The notes beneath the pieces were generated by a model that worked only from the letters and a program-made list of their open reading frames with translations, had not been told where the DNA came from and searched no databases. Below, one piece after another: positions 38,458-51,721 of a stretch of DNA of 64,000 bases. The position numbers and the translations under genes are program-made. The DNA lies in NCBI GenBank assembly GCA_964658305.1, contig OZ210885.1, positions 496,001-560,000 on the forward strand, in the 5' to 3' direction. The stretch is from Leptogorgia sarmentosa (lineage: Eukaryota). How positions within the stretch are numbered: the stretch's first letter is position 1; each line of letters begins with the position of its first letter.

Positions 38458-38750
38458 TTCATCTTTCAGCGGAGCTTTAAAAGGCGGAAGGTTGTCACGG
38501 TTGCGTAAGGAAAACAGGAACGATCCTGGAGCAGATATCCACTTTTCTAGAAACAAAATTATTATTCAATTATAATCAGATATCAAGCATGCATGCGAGA
38601 GATAAAATAATCATTTTATTTAACTGCAGATTTTGTTTTGCTACTTGCCATCTATCGAGAATTAGTATGAACCAACTAGCAGGCTATCATAAATTCTGCA
38701 TTTTAATTGCTATTCGTTTTCTTGATAGCCTACTAGTGATCACTGAGCCC
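38458..38750 (-). pseudogene. Relic of a fourth PAN-TLDc copy
   Basis: Near-identical to the start of the last TLDc exon (WISAPGSFLFSLRNRDNLPPFKAPLKDE) and the adjacent intron of copies B/C, truncated on both sides. Confidence 0.85.
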
Positions 38751-39042
38751 GTTTTGGCAACATATTCAAACATTGTCGAAACTTTGGCCACAATGCCACA
38801 TATTAGATTCAATGTCGCACTCCTTAGCGTCCGCCATATTGTGTACATAAATATTTCATCACCCGAACACGTGCTGACTTGCAATTTTCGAAATTATCGA
38901 AAATCCGGAGGGGCTTTGCCACATTGTGTACTATAACTTGAGGCATCTTAGATCACATTACTTCTCTAGCTAACTTTCTTATCCATACGAATAACTGTAC
39001 ACAATGATGAACAATAGTATAATGTTAATAGTATAATGTTAC

Positions 39043-41175
39043 TTGGTTAACAAGTGAAATTAAATTACAAATCCGCGAGCGAGATCAGCTCAAACGTCTT
39101 GCCATAAAATTTAGTTCAGAAGATTATTGGAATGCTTACAAAATCTCTAGAAATAGAACAACGGATGTATTGCGTAAAGCGAAAACAAATTACTATAAAA
39201 GGCAATTTGCAAATGTCAAAGATGATCCTAAAAAAGCTTGGAAAATTGTTAATAAAATCCTAAACCGTGAAAAAAAGAGCAGCGATATTAACTGCATAAA
39301 TTACGAAACCCACCAAATTTCCAACCCTAATGAATTGGCTGAATGTTTCAACAATTATTTCACTAATATTGGCCCTGAGATCGCCAACAGTATTGATAGT
39401 GGCGATGGAAATTTCCGAGACAACATTATGAATATATCAAGTAAATTTAATTTTCAAACTATTTCGGTATCGAAAGTTCATAAGTTACTGATTTCGTTAA
39501 ATCCCTGTAAATCTACTGGAATTGATAAAATCCCTGCCAAAATCATGCGAATTGCATCTCCTGTAATTGTAAAGTCGATAACCGAAATTTTTAATAGGGC
39601 AATTCTTTTGGAAGCTGTTCCATCTGAATGGAAGTCAGCTAGGGTTATTCCTTTACACAAAAAAGGTCCAAAAAATTTATTAAATAATTATCGCCCAATC
39701 TCTATTTTGCCCGCTATAAGTAAAATTTTCGAAAAGGTACTATATGAACAACTATATGACTACTTTGTTTCCAATAACTTATTATCTCCTCATCAGTTTG
39801 GATTTAGACAGTTTCATTCAACAGCTTCTGCCCTATTGGATAGTACTAACGAATGGTTCATCAACATGGACCGCGGTATGTTTAATATTGCAGTTTTTCT
39901 CGATTTGACGAAGGCATTCGATACCATTAATCATGACATAATGCTAGAAAAGCTTAGGCTTTATGGCTTGGAAGAACCTTCGATGAACCTGTTAAGTTCG
40001 TACCTTGAGAATAGAACTCAGCTGTGCTCTGTTAATGGAGCGCTATCCGGCCCAAAGCCAATTTCGTGTGGAATTCCTCAAGGTTCTATCCTTGGGCCTC
40101 TCCTATTTCTAATCTATATAAACGATTTACCCCGCAGTCTGGAATACTCGTCGACAAGAATGTTTGCCGACGATACCACGTTAACTGTATCTGGTAAATC
40201 AATACAGGAAGTAGAGGAGGCAATTAACCACGATCTTGCAAATGTCAAGAGTTGGCTTTGTTCAAACAAACTGTCCCTAAATCTGGTCAAAACTGAATAC
40301 TTACTAATTGGATCACGGTATAATATCAATAACTTACTTACTGCTCCCAATGTTTATGTTGGAGATACACCAATTAATAGAGTGAGAGTAACAAAGGCAC
40401 TGGGAGTCCATATTGATGAGTTTTTATCTTGGGAAAAACATGTTGATACAATTGCTAAAAAAGTTTCATCCGGAATTGCAGCGATCAGAAAGCTCAAGTC
40501 CTGTATCGATCGTGGTGCCCTAATAGGTGCTTATAATGCACTTGTGGCACCTCATTTCGATTATTGTTGTGAAGTTTGGGACACTATTGGCATCGGGCTT
40601 TCTGACCGCTTGCAAAAATTACAAAACAGGGCTGCTAGAGTTATAACAGGCCGTAAAAACGTGCACGGTCAGTCTGAACTTGCTCTGAATGAACTTGGAT
40701 GGAAGCCACTGAGCGAACGCAGAACCAAGTTCGTAGCAAGTTCAATGTATAAAATTATGAATAATCTAGCGCCAAAAGCGTTAGCTGATATCTTTCTACA
40801 GACGCCTTCCTCCCAATATTACAATTTACGAGGCTCTTCCACTAAGCTCTTTCTGCCTCATCCTCGCTCTGACTTTCTTAAAAAAAGTCTGAGTTTCAGA
40901 GGTGTAAAATTGTGGAATAGCCTCTCAGAAGAGTTAAGGACTAAGGATTCTCTCCAGTCCTTTAAAACCAATTTCATAATGCCTGGCCGGTAATCATGTA
41001 TATACTGTATTTTTTTCTTAAATGTGTGTAGTGTATTTTATATAGTGTGTCCGTGATGTAAATAACTAATTTCTTCTTTGATTTTTTATGAATATGCACG
41101 CCCCCCTTGGAAATCAGCTCTCTGCTGTAGGGGTTAGCGTGATTGAATAAAGTTTTTACCTTACCTTTTTACCTA
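39043..41175 (+). mobile_element. 5'-truncated CR1/L2-clade non-LTR retrotransposon (LINE)
   Basis: Open frame from ~39043 (WLTSEIK..) to 40993; 3'UTR ends aataaagtttttaccttacctttttacc (short tandem tail); no endonuclease domain or ORF1 present. Confidence 0.9.
39170..40993 (+). CDS. LINE ORF2 fragment: reverse transcriptase, 607 aa
   Basis: RT motifs NYRPISIL, QFGFR, FLDLTKAFDTINH, GIPQGSILGPLLFLIYINDL, FADD, LGVHID; no stops or frameshifts. Confidence 0.92.
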   Translation: MRKAKTNYYKRQFANVKDDPKKAWKIVNKILNREKKSSDINCINYETHQISNPNELAECFNNYFTNIGPEIANSIDSGDGNFRDNIMNISSKFNFQTISVSKVHKLLISLNPCKSTGIDKIPAKIMRIASPVIVKSITEIFNRAILLEAVPSEWKSARVIPLHKKGPKNLLNNYRPISILPAISKIFEKVLYEQLYDYFVSNNLLSPHQFGFRQFHSTASALLDSTNEWFINMDRGMFNIAVFLDLTKAFDTINHDIMLEKLRLYGLEEPSMNLLSSYLENRTQLCSVNGALSGPKPISCGIPQGSILGPLLFLIYINDLPRSLEYSSTRMFADDTTLTVSGKSIQEVEEAINHDLANVKSWLCSNKLSLNLVKTEYLLIGSRYNINNLLTAPNVYVGDTPINRVRVTKALGVHIDEFLSWEKHVDTIAKKVSSGIAAIRKLKSCIDRGALIGAYNALVAPHFDYCCEVWDTIGIGLSDRLQKLQNRAARVITGRKNVHGQSELALNELGWKPLSERRTKFVASSMYKIMNNLAPKALADIFLQTPSSQYYNLRGSSTKLFLPHPRSDFLKKSLSFRGVKLWNSLSEELRTKDSLQSFKTNFIMPGR

Positions 41176-41497
41176 TAACTGGATAAGATTTGTTCAAACA
41201 TTGTAACGATATAAGTCAACTACAGAGTTTCGCACATCAGAGAATCTGGGATATACCCCCCGGAAAGTTTACACTATGACTGAATGATCCATGACTGATG
41301 TAAATTTTCGCCACTCATCACAATACTGCAAAGTTGAAACTTTGCACTAAAAACGAGATTTTGAAAAGAACCCTATAAAAGTGGCTGGTCGAGTGCACTC
41401 CCAAATGAATAAATTAAATATCGTAAGAGCGGAAAAGCCGTGTTTCGATCGCTTCTTTACCTCGCTGAAGCGGGTTAATTGTGGGCACGAATAAGGA

Positions 41498-42070
41498 CTT
41501 ATTAACCGAGTCTGTACGGGAAAGTATTGCCTGAGGGTTTTCGAACAGACCGAGCGACGAAGGAGCGAGGTCTGTGCGTTAAAAACCGAAGGCAATACTT
41601 TCCGTACAGACAGAGCAAACGAGGTTAATAAGGGATTTATTATATGGCTTTGTTCGATCGCAATTTGTTCTGACATTGTAGAAAGAACTAGAAAACACTT
41701 TCGCTGCTGAAACGTTCAGCCGTAAATGTCGTGATAAACAACAAATGTTCGATGCGAAATGAAGCCATTTAAGTGCTGTGAAAACAATGTTCGCAACAGT
41801 TTTCGAACTGTTGTTTTGTTCGCCGTTATTTTCACTTTAAAACTCAGCATTTTGGATCGTGTGTTTTTCTGGGACAGTAAAATTCAATCGGGGAGTGTTC
41901 TTCAACGTCACCGTACGGCATAATAAGATTTAGTTTCCTTAAAAATTTAATTTGTATAATAGTTTCACGAGCGGTCAAGATGACTTTCCTGAGCGGGCAA
42001 GATGACTTTTACATCTGACGGACCGCTAATCAACCAATCAGCGTGCGCCATTTATGTCAGCCATATATAA
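41498..42070 (-). mobile_element. Terminal-hairpin non-autonomous element
   Basis: Hairpin ttattaacc..cgagcgacgaaggagcgagg..ggttaataa (~41498-41631) and ccaatcag..agccatata at the other end; homologous layout to 13795-14263. Confidence 0.55.
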
Positions 42071-42413
42071 GGGTTATTGCCATAAAATGCGAGGAATTTT
42101 CCGGCTGCGACCTTGACTAAGGCATATAGTGGCAGGTACTTCATACAAGGAAATAGTTCTACATGAACTATTACGGCGAGAAAGTGTCACTTGCCTGGAT
42201 TCAATCCCATGCATTCATTAAATTCTAATTGTAATCTGGATCGATAACATGGCCGCCATCTTTGAAAAAAAAACATTTTGGCGGGAAAACGAGAGAAAAA
42301 TATTATAGCACATAATTGAACCGTAAAACAATTAGCGACGTTATAAAATTAAACCAGAATAATCATGTTTATGTCAGGTGAGATTAATGGTGATCAACTA
42401 TACTGGCTTTATC

Positions 42414-42829
42414 CAGGGGCGTAGGAAGCATCTGAAGTTTGGGGGGGCACCGCCTTCCAGGGGCACATTGTGGATGGAAAGGGAGCATATAACATGTTTC
42501 CCGGAATTGTTGGTGAGCGGGGGGGGAGGGGGGTGGGGAGGCCGACGTGTTGCCAAGTCTTTTCCGCGAGTGTACCATTTTTGCCCACAAAAACCAGCCG
42601 AAATCGATGTATTTGACAAATTTTCTTTTAAAGATTTTAATTTTCCAAACAAATGGACACCTTTTGTGTTAATTTAGTATTTGCAGCGACATTACCTTGT
42701 ACAAAACAGGGCACTTTTCGTCACAAAAAAAGGGCACCTTTCATCACAAAAAAAGGGCACTTTTAGTCACTTGAAAAAAGTTGGGGGTGCACGTGCCCCC
42801 TTTGCCCCCCCCCCCTTCCTACGCCACTG
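42414..42829. mobile_element. hAT-type MITE
   Basis: TIRs caggggcgtaggaa / ttcctacgccactg; 8-bp TSD gctttatc at 42406-42413 and 42830-42837; internal aaaaagggcac repeats. Confidence 0.9.
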
Positions 42830-43597
42830 GCTTTATCCAGTGCGATGTGCTACCGTTTTATGGTTATATAAGTTCTCTGGCCAGCTCCCTTTTATGGAAT
42901 TAGGAAATTCACTCATCTTCCAATTTCTTCATATAGTCTTTACTATAAACAACTCAATCACTCATTCTTACAAAATGTTTCCTGCATGAGAAAATTAATT
43001 TAATTTGAACAACACAACGACGTCAGCGGAAACGCGAGACCAGCGTGAATAACTTCATGAAAAGTTCCTTCTTCAGTTCTTAGGATTTCTTAAACGTTAT
43101 ATTCTTCGATTTTGAGTTTATGGATTTTTTACGAGTATATTTTCTAGGTGCATGAGATCGATTTTGAAGTGATTAACGGCGAGAGAAACGCCTTCGACAA
43201 TTATGCTCAGCTTTCGGGAAATTCAGTGATTCTGGTTGGTGTTTTTGCTCATTCAAGTCCGCCAAAAGTGTTCTTGAACACTGAGACCATGCACTATGAT
43301 ATAATTATCCACCATGCGCTCATGTGATCTTCAAACTGATCAATCTCAGGCGAGCTATTAAAGGGCATACAGGTAGTGCATAAGAGTAAAAGCCAACGTT
43401 GTTGCTTAATAGGTGCATGAGACCTTGTCAAACAGAATATAATCTAAACCACAAATTAAGTTCTGTCCTTTCCCGCTATAAAGACGAATTTCGTCGAACA
43501 AAATGTAAATTTAACAGTGCAGTGTAAATGCAAAGTTTTGGTTGAAAAACTTCAAAACAAGTCAACATTTAGTATTTTTCTTTGTAACGCTTTTTTT

Positions 43598-46500
43598 TCA
43601 CGACCAAATGGCCGCGCGGTGGAAATGCATGTCGACAACCTTGGTGTTCTTGAAGTCTTCTATGTGCAGAATATCTGGCGAGTCCGTGCCGATGGAGTGG
43701 CGATAGATCTCGATCTTCGGCAACTGCGCTTCTTTTGTAAACATAAATAATCCTAAACAAGCAAATAAATATGTAAACAAACAACAGAAGAAAACACAGG
43801 GTTTTGAAAGATCGAAATTGTTTCTTGAAGTGAGTTATTTAGAGTTGTGTCTTTCAAATCCTTCCGAAATTCGGGGTGGGTGGGCGGGAATCATTACGAA
43901 CGATTCTAGTGTGTCTCATTTTTCCTCGATTTACCTTTCGTACAACTCAGTAGTGTAAAAAAGTATAGGAGCAAACCTTTGAACCAGACACCGGTTTTTC
44001 TTTTATGACGAAAGGCAAGCACAAACAAAACGAGAGCAACGATCATGATACAAGAGAAAGCTGTTATGACAAGGATGAACCACCAATCTTCGTTCATTTT
44101 CTTTTCTTTGATTTTTTGATTCATGAGGACTTGGTCAGTTGGTTTCTCGGAAAAGTTCGAAGTACTATGTTGTACTGTTGTCATTGGGAACGTGTTGCGA
44201 GTGTCGTCAGTTTTCTTGTCATCGCTTGCAGTTGGATTCACGTTGGTAATATTCAGGGAGGACGTCGGGTTATTTATTTTAGCGCTGGTTGGCTGCGAAT
44301 TTGTTGAGTTATTGCTTCCTGCAGTCGTCGATAAAATCTGCAAAGACTAATACCACAACATTCACATTTACTTCATATGCGACTCACGATTTAGGGGCTG
44401 TTGCTATTTTAGTTTAGATTTTTCCAAATATCCAAGGATTAGGATGGTATAACACCGCAATAAAATCTGGTCGTTTGATTGGCAGATTATGGCTCCAAAC
44501 AGTTCTTTGTTTTCGGTATTATATAAAACAAATAATGTTTTTATTCGTGCAGGAGTAAGACTATTTTCGTTCGGTGAAAGATGGAATGTCCTGTTGTTCC
44601 TTTGAATATATTCTTACCATTGCACTCATAAACAATCAATCATTATTTGTATACCATAAATTGATGTGCTTACTATTTGCCATATATAATACAAAACTAA
44701 AAAGTCTCGCTGTAATTTATACCTTAGACGTCATCTTCGGTTTTACAGTTGTTGTCGACGACTTATCCTGCTGCCATGGAAACACGGGCGGTGGCTGTGT
44801 TACCAGCGGTTGGCAAGCGATACCGAAGAACTTTTGCTCGTCCGTTTCCCGGGTCAGTGTCTTCTTGCGCCCGAAGCATTCCAGCGGTCCAACGCTGAAG
44901 TTAGAGTTTTCAGCGGACTTCGGGAAAAATAGCGCAGAGACGGGCAAGTCGTCTTTGTTGGTCAGGTAGCCTATGTGATTCAATGAAACGTTTTAGCTCA
45001 ACCTTGAAGTAACCAGTTAGAAAACCCAAGTTTGTAGCTCGTGAGCGTGAAATTTATCATTAAATTAAGTCATCGTATTTGATGCGGTGGGTTGTAAATC
45101 ATCCGTGATGACCAACCGTGAAAACCAAGCGTGGTGAAAAAAAATAGTGCAAAAGAGCCACTGAATCTTGAGAATCAACATGCCCATTAAGTATGAGTAA
45201 CAAGGGCACTATGCATGCCTGTTCAGAAGCAGATCTAAGAATACTTCATTTTTGTCTGGGAATTTTTTTCTTTCAATTATGCATTGGCGTTTTCTACAGC
45301 AAATGATCGACAGTTATATATCTTGACAATGAACGTTGAAATACCCCATACGTACCCGAGTCTTGTCTCCAAACGCCGTCGCCTGTGTCACAGTTACACA
45401 TTTTCGTCGCATCGTGACACGACTGTGTTGTCCCACAAGCACACGTGGTTCCTCCAAGTTTCGCCCCGCCCCAATAGTGGTGTTCCACTCCACTGTCAGA
45501 GACCCAGTACGCCCCGGGCAGGTCGTTTTTTCGGTGAGTTAGGAATTTCGTGTTGATACAGTTAAACTCGACGTACTGTCGGCAACGATCGCTTTTATCG
45601 ACCATGGCTCTCAAATTTTTGATATCAACACCATAGTCCAACTTATGAGCCCAACTTTGCGCCCCGGCACTAAACGTGTACGCCTCATCTCTGACGTGTA
45701 CCTGCCTGGTACTGGTTGTATGGTCCGCTACGGTGACGGCATCTTTTGAGTGAGCGGTCATGTTGCACAAGACCTTAAATTCAGGCAACACTCCCTGCCC
45801 GTCGGGATCCAGCGTACAATGAGCGTCTTCCTTCAATCCGAGTTCCTTGTATCCTTGGCAGGTCGCTTGGAACATCGGAACTTGGCAAAATCGTCCGGTA
45901 TAGAACCGCTCACAATGGCAGGTGAAGTTATCCGAGCGCTGTTCACAAGTGGATTTATACTGACATGAACTAGGATGGCATTGACTTTGCAAGGTACACT
46001 TTCCAAGTTCGACCTCTACCGCTGTGACGTCCTAACCGAATGGAAAAAAACCCATAATTAGTACACGAAAAGGTGCTTCATTTCGAATGGCTTAAGTTGT
46101 GGTTGAAGTCCGTGGTTGAATTAAGTCCGTGGTTGAAGTCCGTTTTTGAAGTCCGTGGTTATAGTGCGTGGTTATAGTGCGTGACTCGATAAATTATAAT
46201 AACAAGTCCTGAATTGTGAATATCAATAATATTAATAATCATTTTGTAATATATCAATATTCAATTTATGACACTCCGAATTCGATCAATCATTTTTAAG
46301 TATTTTGTTAACAATCAACAACAGTATCCAAGAACGTGGTTGCCGAACAAAATATCTTGACAAATATTTAGAATGGTCTATTCATCGATTAACAACTGCA
46401 GTTAAGCTTACCTTTGGCAGTTCACTAGCGTTAACTTTAGCACCGTTTACATGTAAATCTTCCATACACCCAACGAATCCATACATGCCTTTGTAATACG

Positions 46501-49500
46501 TGCCACCACCAACGTGAGTGAAATTTTCAAAGTCCAAATTTTTTGCATGATTGAGCAAAACGGCATGGGCATCTGTCGTAACCGGTAATCCGTTATCCAC
46601 TCCGAAAACCATCGTGGTTGAATCAAGGGACGCCTTCACTGAATGCCATTCGCCATCGTTGAAGTTGGTATCTAACCATACATCGGTATCCAAGGTCAGC
46701 AATTTCTTTCCTGGGATGTAGAATTCGAATTTCAATTTCCCATCGTTTAGGTACAGCCATAGCGATATCTTCGATCCATCACGATACATCAGAATGCCGT
46801 TTTTGTCGTACGTACGAAATTTGAACCGCACGGACACGTTGTTGCGATCGGGACTTGGGAACATCAGGTACGCGTATTCGTTTGGAAAACCTACTGGCTT
46901 GTATTCCCTTGCTGGGCACGTATACGAAACGTTACCGGTTGTCGTGTAGCCTTTCTTCTTCTGTTCAGCATTGGATATCAGATTATAGGCATTGAATAAG
47001 ACATCAGCAAGACAACCAACAAAATTTCCAACAATCTCTTTCTTCATTTCGTTTCTTTTTTTCCACGTTCCGCCCACGTATATTCTGATGTTTATCCGTA
47101 GTGTATGCTGGGACTCGAAGCGTTTGGACATTTTGATGTGGACGATTTTTGTCGGCTCTTTGTCCAAGTGAACGGTGAGTTTGTGCTTGTCACGTGTTAC
47201 AACGACGCTATGCCATTGGTTGTCGCAAAGTCTGTCGCCGAAAACGAACGAGAATTCTTCTCCTATATTTATTGTGTATCTAAATTTAAAAAATTGCAAA
47301 GAAATTCTTACCCTTCAAAGAAGCATAAAACAAACTGAAAAAATAACACAATTTATTGATTACAGCAGGTTTTGAAACAGAGCATTTTGAGAATTACGAA
47401 CATTTTGAAACACACACTGGGTGGATATTTTGAACATAACATAATACGTAGCATATATTAACTGTTAAAAAACACAAAGTATATTGGGGAGTACTCGACA
47501 GGAAAATTAGGATTATGTTAAAGTTTTATGAATAATTCCATTTTCAGATTCTTATACATTGTTCTTTTGACATCCAAAACACAAGTATAATGACTATTGG
47601 AAATCAAGTCTTTCCAATTTCTATGATTCTATCTTCTGGTGTGTTTATACTAAAAGTTCAATATAACCGCGTCTGAACATTATATGATAATGAAGGCCAG
47701 TGTTGTTGTTTACATTCTATTTTATTTTGTTAGAAACTAAAAATGATGTCAAAAATATCTTGTTTGCATTAATAATACTACCAAGAATCAGGACTACAAG
47801 GCGGAATAACAATTATTTTATTGTGACGTCCCAGACAAGATGGCCGCCGTCAGTAAATTGATCCGGCAATACTATGGTGTGAAAGTGAGCCCTATCCTGT
47901 TAAATTATCCTTTAACTTTTAACTTCATTTAAACCTAGCCCCTCCCTAATGAACAGCCTCTATTTATAGTTCATTCGTTTCACTACAGATTGAATGAATG
48001 AATCGCTCGTCATGGATATTTTAAAGTAATACTTTAATGGTGTTTTAATAGCTTTTAACATTAACTCATTGATAGTCCATCACTTTTGGTTAGGAATATT
48101 AACTGAATTAATGATAATGAAATACTTTTTAAGTAATTATAAAGGGCAATATCTTTTTTTGCACTATGTCGAATGAAATCTGTTCAAATGTATGTAGTTT
48201 TAAGGCGAATAATTGTTTTAACCCTTAACATATAGGAAGCAAAATAAACTAACAACAAAACAGAATTTTTTTTTGGAATTGAAAAGTTCTGTACTGCAGT
48301 TCCTGTACCGTGGTGAAAATAATAAATAAAAAATAATAAAAAATAAAACAGTTTTTACCAGGTTCTATAGTATGTTTGCATTCATGCCCCAGAGGTATCC
48401 CCAAATATTGCTCGAATTTGGTTCATGTATCTGTAGACTGAACTAATCGAAACCGGAAACCATTAATTTGTGCTCTATTTTATGAACAGTTCAAGGACAT
48501 CCCGGGCTAAACGTCTAATGAAAACGTTGGAGGAGTAGCTTCCACCTCCGAGTATGTACTATTATTATATACACAAGCGCTGGATATGAGCTATTCTGCA
48601 ATCTGATTGGCTCCCTACTAGCAGGATATTAGCTCATATCCTGCTAGTAGAGAAAAACAAACAAAATGGCGGAAAGAGCGAAGCCGGAATTGAAGTTTTC
48701 AACAGTTAAAAACGTCTTTGCGACCGATTAAAAGAATAAAATTCAAGAGGTTTAGTTGTAAATGTTTATTGTGCAGTTTTGAATCTGGAAAACCGGACTC
48801 AACGCTGTAAAATTCATCCCTTGACTGAGTTGGATCGCTAGTTGTTGTTTCTTGACATTTTACAACGGTAAAATTTGTGTTGTACTTTCAAATGCCGAAA
48901 AATACAGATGAAAACTGCTGAAATTTAAAACTAGCTATAGTTTAAACGAAACGTCGACTATTGTTGTTGTTTTTTCTCACTCTCGTCGTATATGACTGAT
49001 AGTCGACTCGGCGCTACGCGCCTCGTCGACTATCACTTCAGCGCATATACGACTCGAGTTCGCAGAATAACTGTTAAATATATTGCCGAGGGTAATAATT
49101 CCGCACGGCTATTGACACCCGGGTATGGGACAGCATAGCGGAGTCTGAAGTTCCTCAGTTGTTTGGCCGCCATTTTGGTACGTCGTCGAAGTGAGGTCAT
49201 CACTGATCTCAAAAATATGGCGGACTATCACGAAGAGCCGAAGCTTTTTAAAGCTCTTAAGAATCTTTGTATTAATAAAGCTTTTGGAAAGGGGAAAACA
49301 AAAACGAGATGTACGTATCTCAAGTCTCAACCGGTCTCTCCGGCGAGAAATACATTCAAAACACTCTCAAATTTTCACACACTCATTAGCGAAACTCGCT
49401 GAGTTGTAGCAGTGCGCCCTAACTAGTCATGCTGAAAGTTCGAGGTTGATTAATTAACGAACTTGTTTTGACAGTAAAACTGTGCAATTAAATAGCTTTC

Positions 49501-51721
49501 GACCTTCCCATCACAAAGCACTAATTGTTTAGCTTTGAAATACAGTATTTTATTTTCTCCCAACCGCAAGTAATTCCACTACACTGGCAAAAATTGGGGC
49601 AACTGCATACCGAAATTTGGCTATGAAGAACTATAATAAATTATTTTGCTTCGCGAGAACAGCTAAAAAAAATCTTTAGGAAAATTCAGTTGTTCGCAGT
49701 AATTCGAGTCATTTTTGTCCAGGTAGCTAGTACAAACCTTTGCAATAAAACAAGCACAGAATTAAACACCCCGAATATTTAGTTTTAAACGAATATTTAG
49801 TTTAGCGAAAAATTAGTGTTGTTGGATGAAAGAAGCATTTCTGTTATTGACATTGTTTACAACGCACGCCGCCATTATTGATATTACAATAACATTTCGT
49901 TTACGGCCGTGAGGCATTTTTTCATGAGGTTTCACAGAACCACAGATAATCTAGTTATACGTATACAGAACTATGAAAAGTTGAAAAAAGGCAACTAGCT
50001 TGGCCGGCATGTAATTAGCTTATATTGAACGAATAACAAACAGTCGGTTGCAAATGAATGACTGGAAACGCGAAAAAAATTTCCCGCCTAAAGCTCCACG
50101 CTTATATGCGTGATTAACATTTTGTCAAATTAAGATTTTCAAACGGGATTTTCTCTTGCTATAAAAGAACCTGCCTGGCCGCGCATGGCAAAGTAAGTGT
50201 TTATTACCGACAACGCGCACAGTAAAAAAGTAATGACAAAGTAGAATTAATTAAAGTGCTTCAGCTTCACTAAAATACAAGCTGAGAATACGCGTACGTA
50301 CAGTACGTTATATACTTTTTCCATAAACGACCATTCATCAGGAACAAACACAAAATTCCCGCCCCGTTTATCTGCTCGTTAGAGACGCAATGACTGGCCG
50401 GGGACTTTTAATATTCATTGTTGGACTTTCCAGCTCTTGTTGCAACAGCTTGTATTGAAATTGGCATGCATCGCGAAAGCTTCCCTGCATTTCCACTTTT
50501 TATCATGTTGATTACCAAAAAGCTACGGTAGATTAGGTGATTTAGGTCTAGGCCCTACTCGCTTCGTTTCGGCCGAGTATTTCGTGGACAAAAAGTGTAT
50601 ATGCATAACTTCTGTAGCTTGAAAAATTGGCCGGCGCCAGTTCAAGACAAAATAAAATGATATTTTGCGCAATTTTGCAAAGTTCGGCTCCAAAACAGCG
50701 ATCTGAGACGTCATTTAAAATCAAAACAATAACGATTGGCGCGTACTTTTAACACTTTGTTATACACGGCAAGATACGATATCTTTTCCTATGCGCTTAT
50801 ACCGAGTCAGAGATATTTTTGGATCAACTTTGTTTGGCGCGGCCTATAAATATAAAAAAAACTACAATACCCTGATGGATAATGTATTACTATTTAAACG
50901 TCATAATACATTATATATAGCTAGCAACAATGGGACATAAACAGACAGAAAACGTTTGCATCTGGACACGCTGAAAAAATAAACAAAAATTTTACTTTTA
51001 TGCGTCCGATAATTGAAATCAACCATACGTAGTACACTATGAGTATCGTTCATATAGCTCCTGTATAATATTTGCCAATTGGCATTGCTGATCTATAATA
51101 CGCGTGCATGATTGTCGCCAACTGTTGTATTTTAACATACTTATAGCATTTAAGTCTAGTATAATGCAAGTAGGGACTTTTCATTCGACTTTCATTAGAG
51201 GGTCAGTCAGGCTGCCTATCGGCATTAAATTTGCGTCTTTTAATATCCAAATTTGAGAGGGGACACGTGCCTGCATTCAGGTTTCGATTTTCGAGTCTGG
51301 TTTCAAATTAAAATAATCCGAGTAATTTCAAATGTTGTACTTTCAAATGTTGTACTTTCATATATTCATATACTATATTAGAATCGCTCGTAGCATGGAA
51401 TATATATAATAGCATATATATACATCTATAACATTTAAAGCGCTCCTGCATGCTGATATATTATATAAATACCTACCGTAGCTTGCAGTGATACAGCTCC
51501 AATGTGATATAGCCGACGCCATGGGCGTAGAACAACAAGCCATGTGGTTCGACGGTTTTGAATCGCAACGTGAGAGTATCCGAAGTTCCAGTTATCGCGG
51601 AATTCGTTCCAAGCAGATCGAATTTGACGTATTCCTTACCCCGAACGTTTATTTCTGCGCAGTGGCCAAAAGATATACAGTGCAAGAACAAACAAACGAT
51701 AAAAGAATATTGCCGTATCAT
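43598..51721 (-). CDS. Contactin-associated protein / neurexin-IV-like type I membrane protein, ~850 aa, 6 coding exons
   Basis: Exons 51721-51477, 47279-46412, 46031-45356, 44970-44723, 44337-43977, 43752-43598 join in frame (2553 nt). Signal peptide; two LamG domains (LRFKT..GLL, DNQWHSV, FVGCL; FKFRT, NDGEWHSV, GFVGCM); EGF (CHPSSC..CHC..YTGRFC); Caspr-type fibrinogen-like module (LDPDG, CRQYVEFNC, YWGG..CACG..CNCD..W.QD.GYLT.KDDLPV); S/T-rich stalk; TM helix WWFILVITAFSCIMIVALVLFVLAF followed by RHKRK. Confidence 0.85.
46098..46184. repeat. Short ~13-bp minisatellite in an intron
   Basis: Repeated (aagtccgtggttg)-like units. Confidence 0.7.
48570..49082 (+). mobile_element. Terminal-hairpin non-autonomous element in intron 1 of the Caspr-like gene
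   Basis: ctgattgg box near the 5' end; 3' hairpin gtcgtatatg..gatagtcgac-tcggcgctacgcgcctc-gtcgactatc..catatacgac. Confidence 0.55.
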
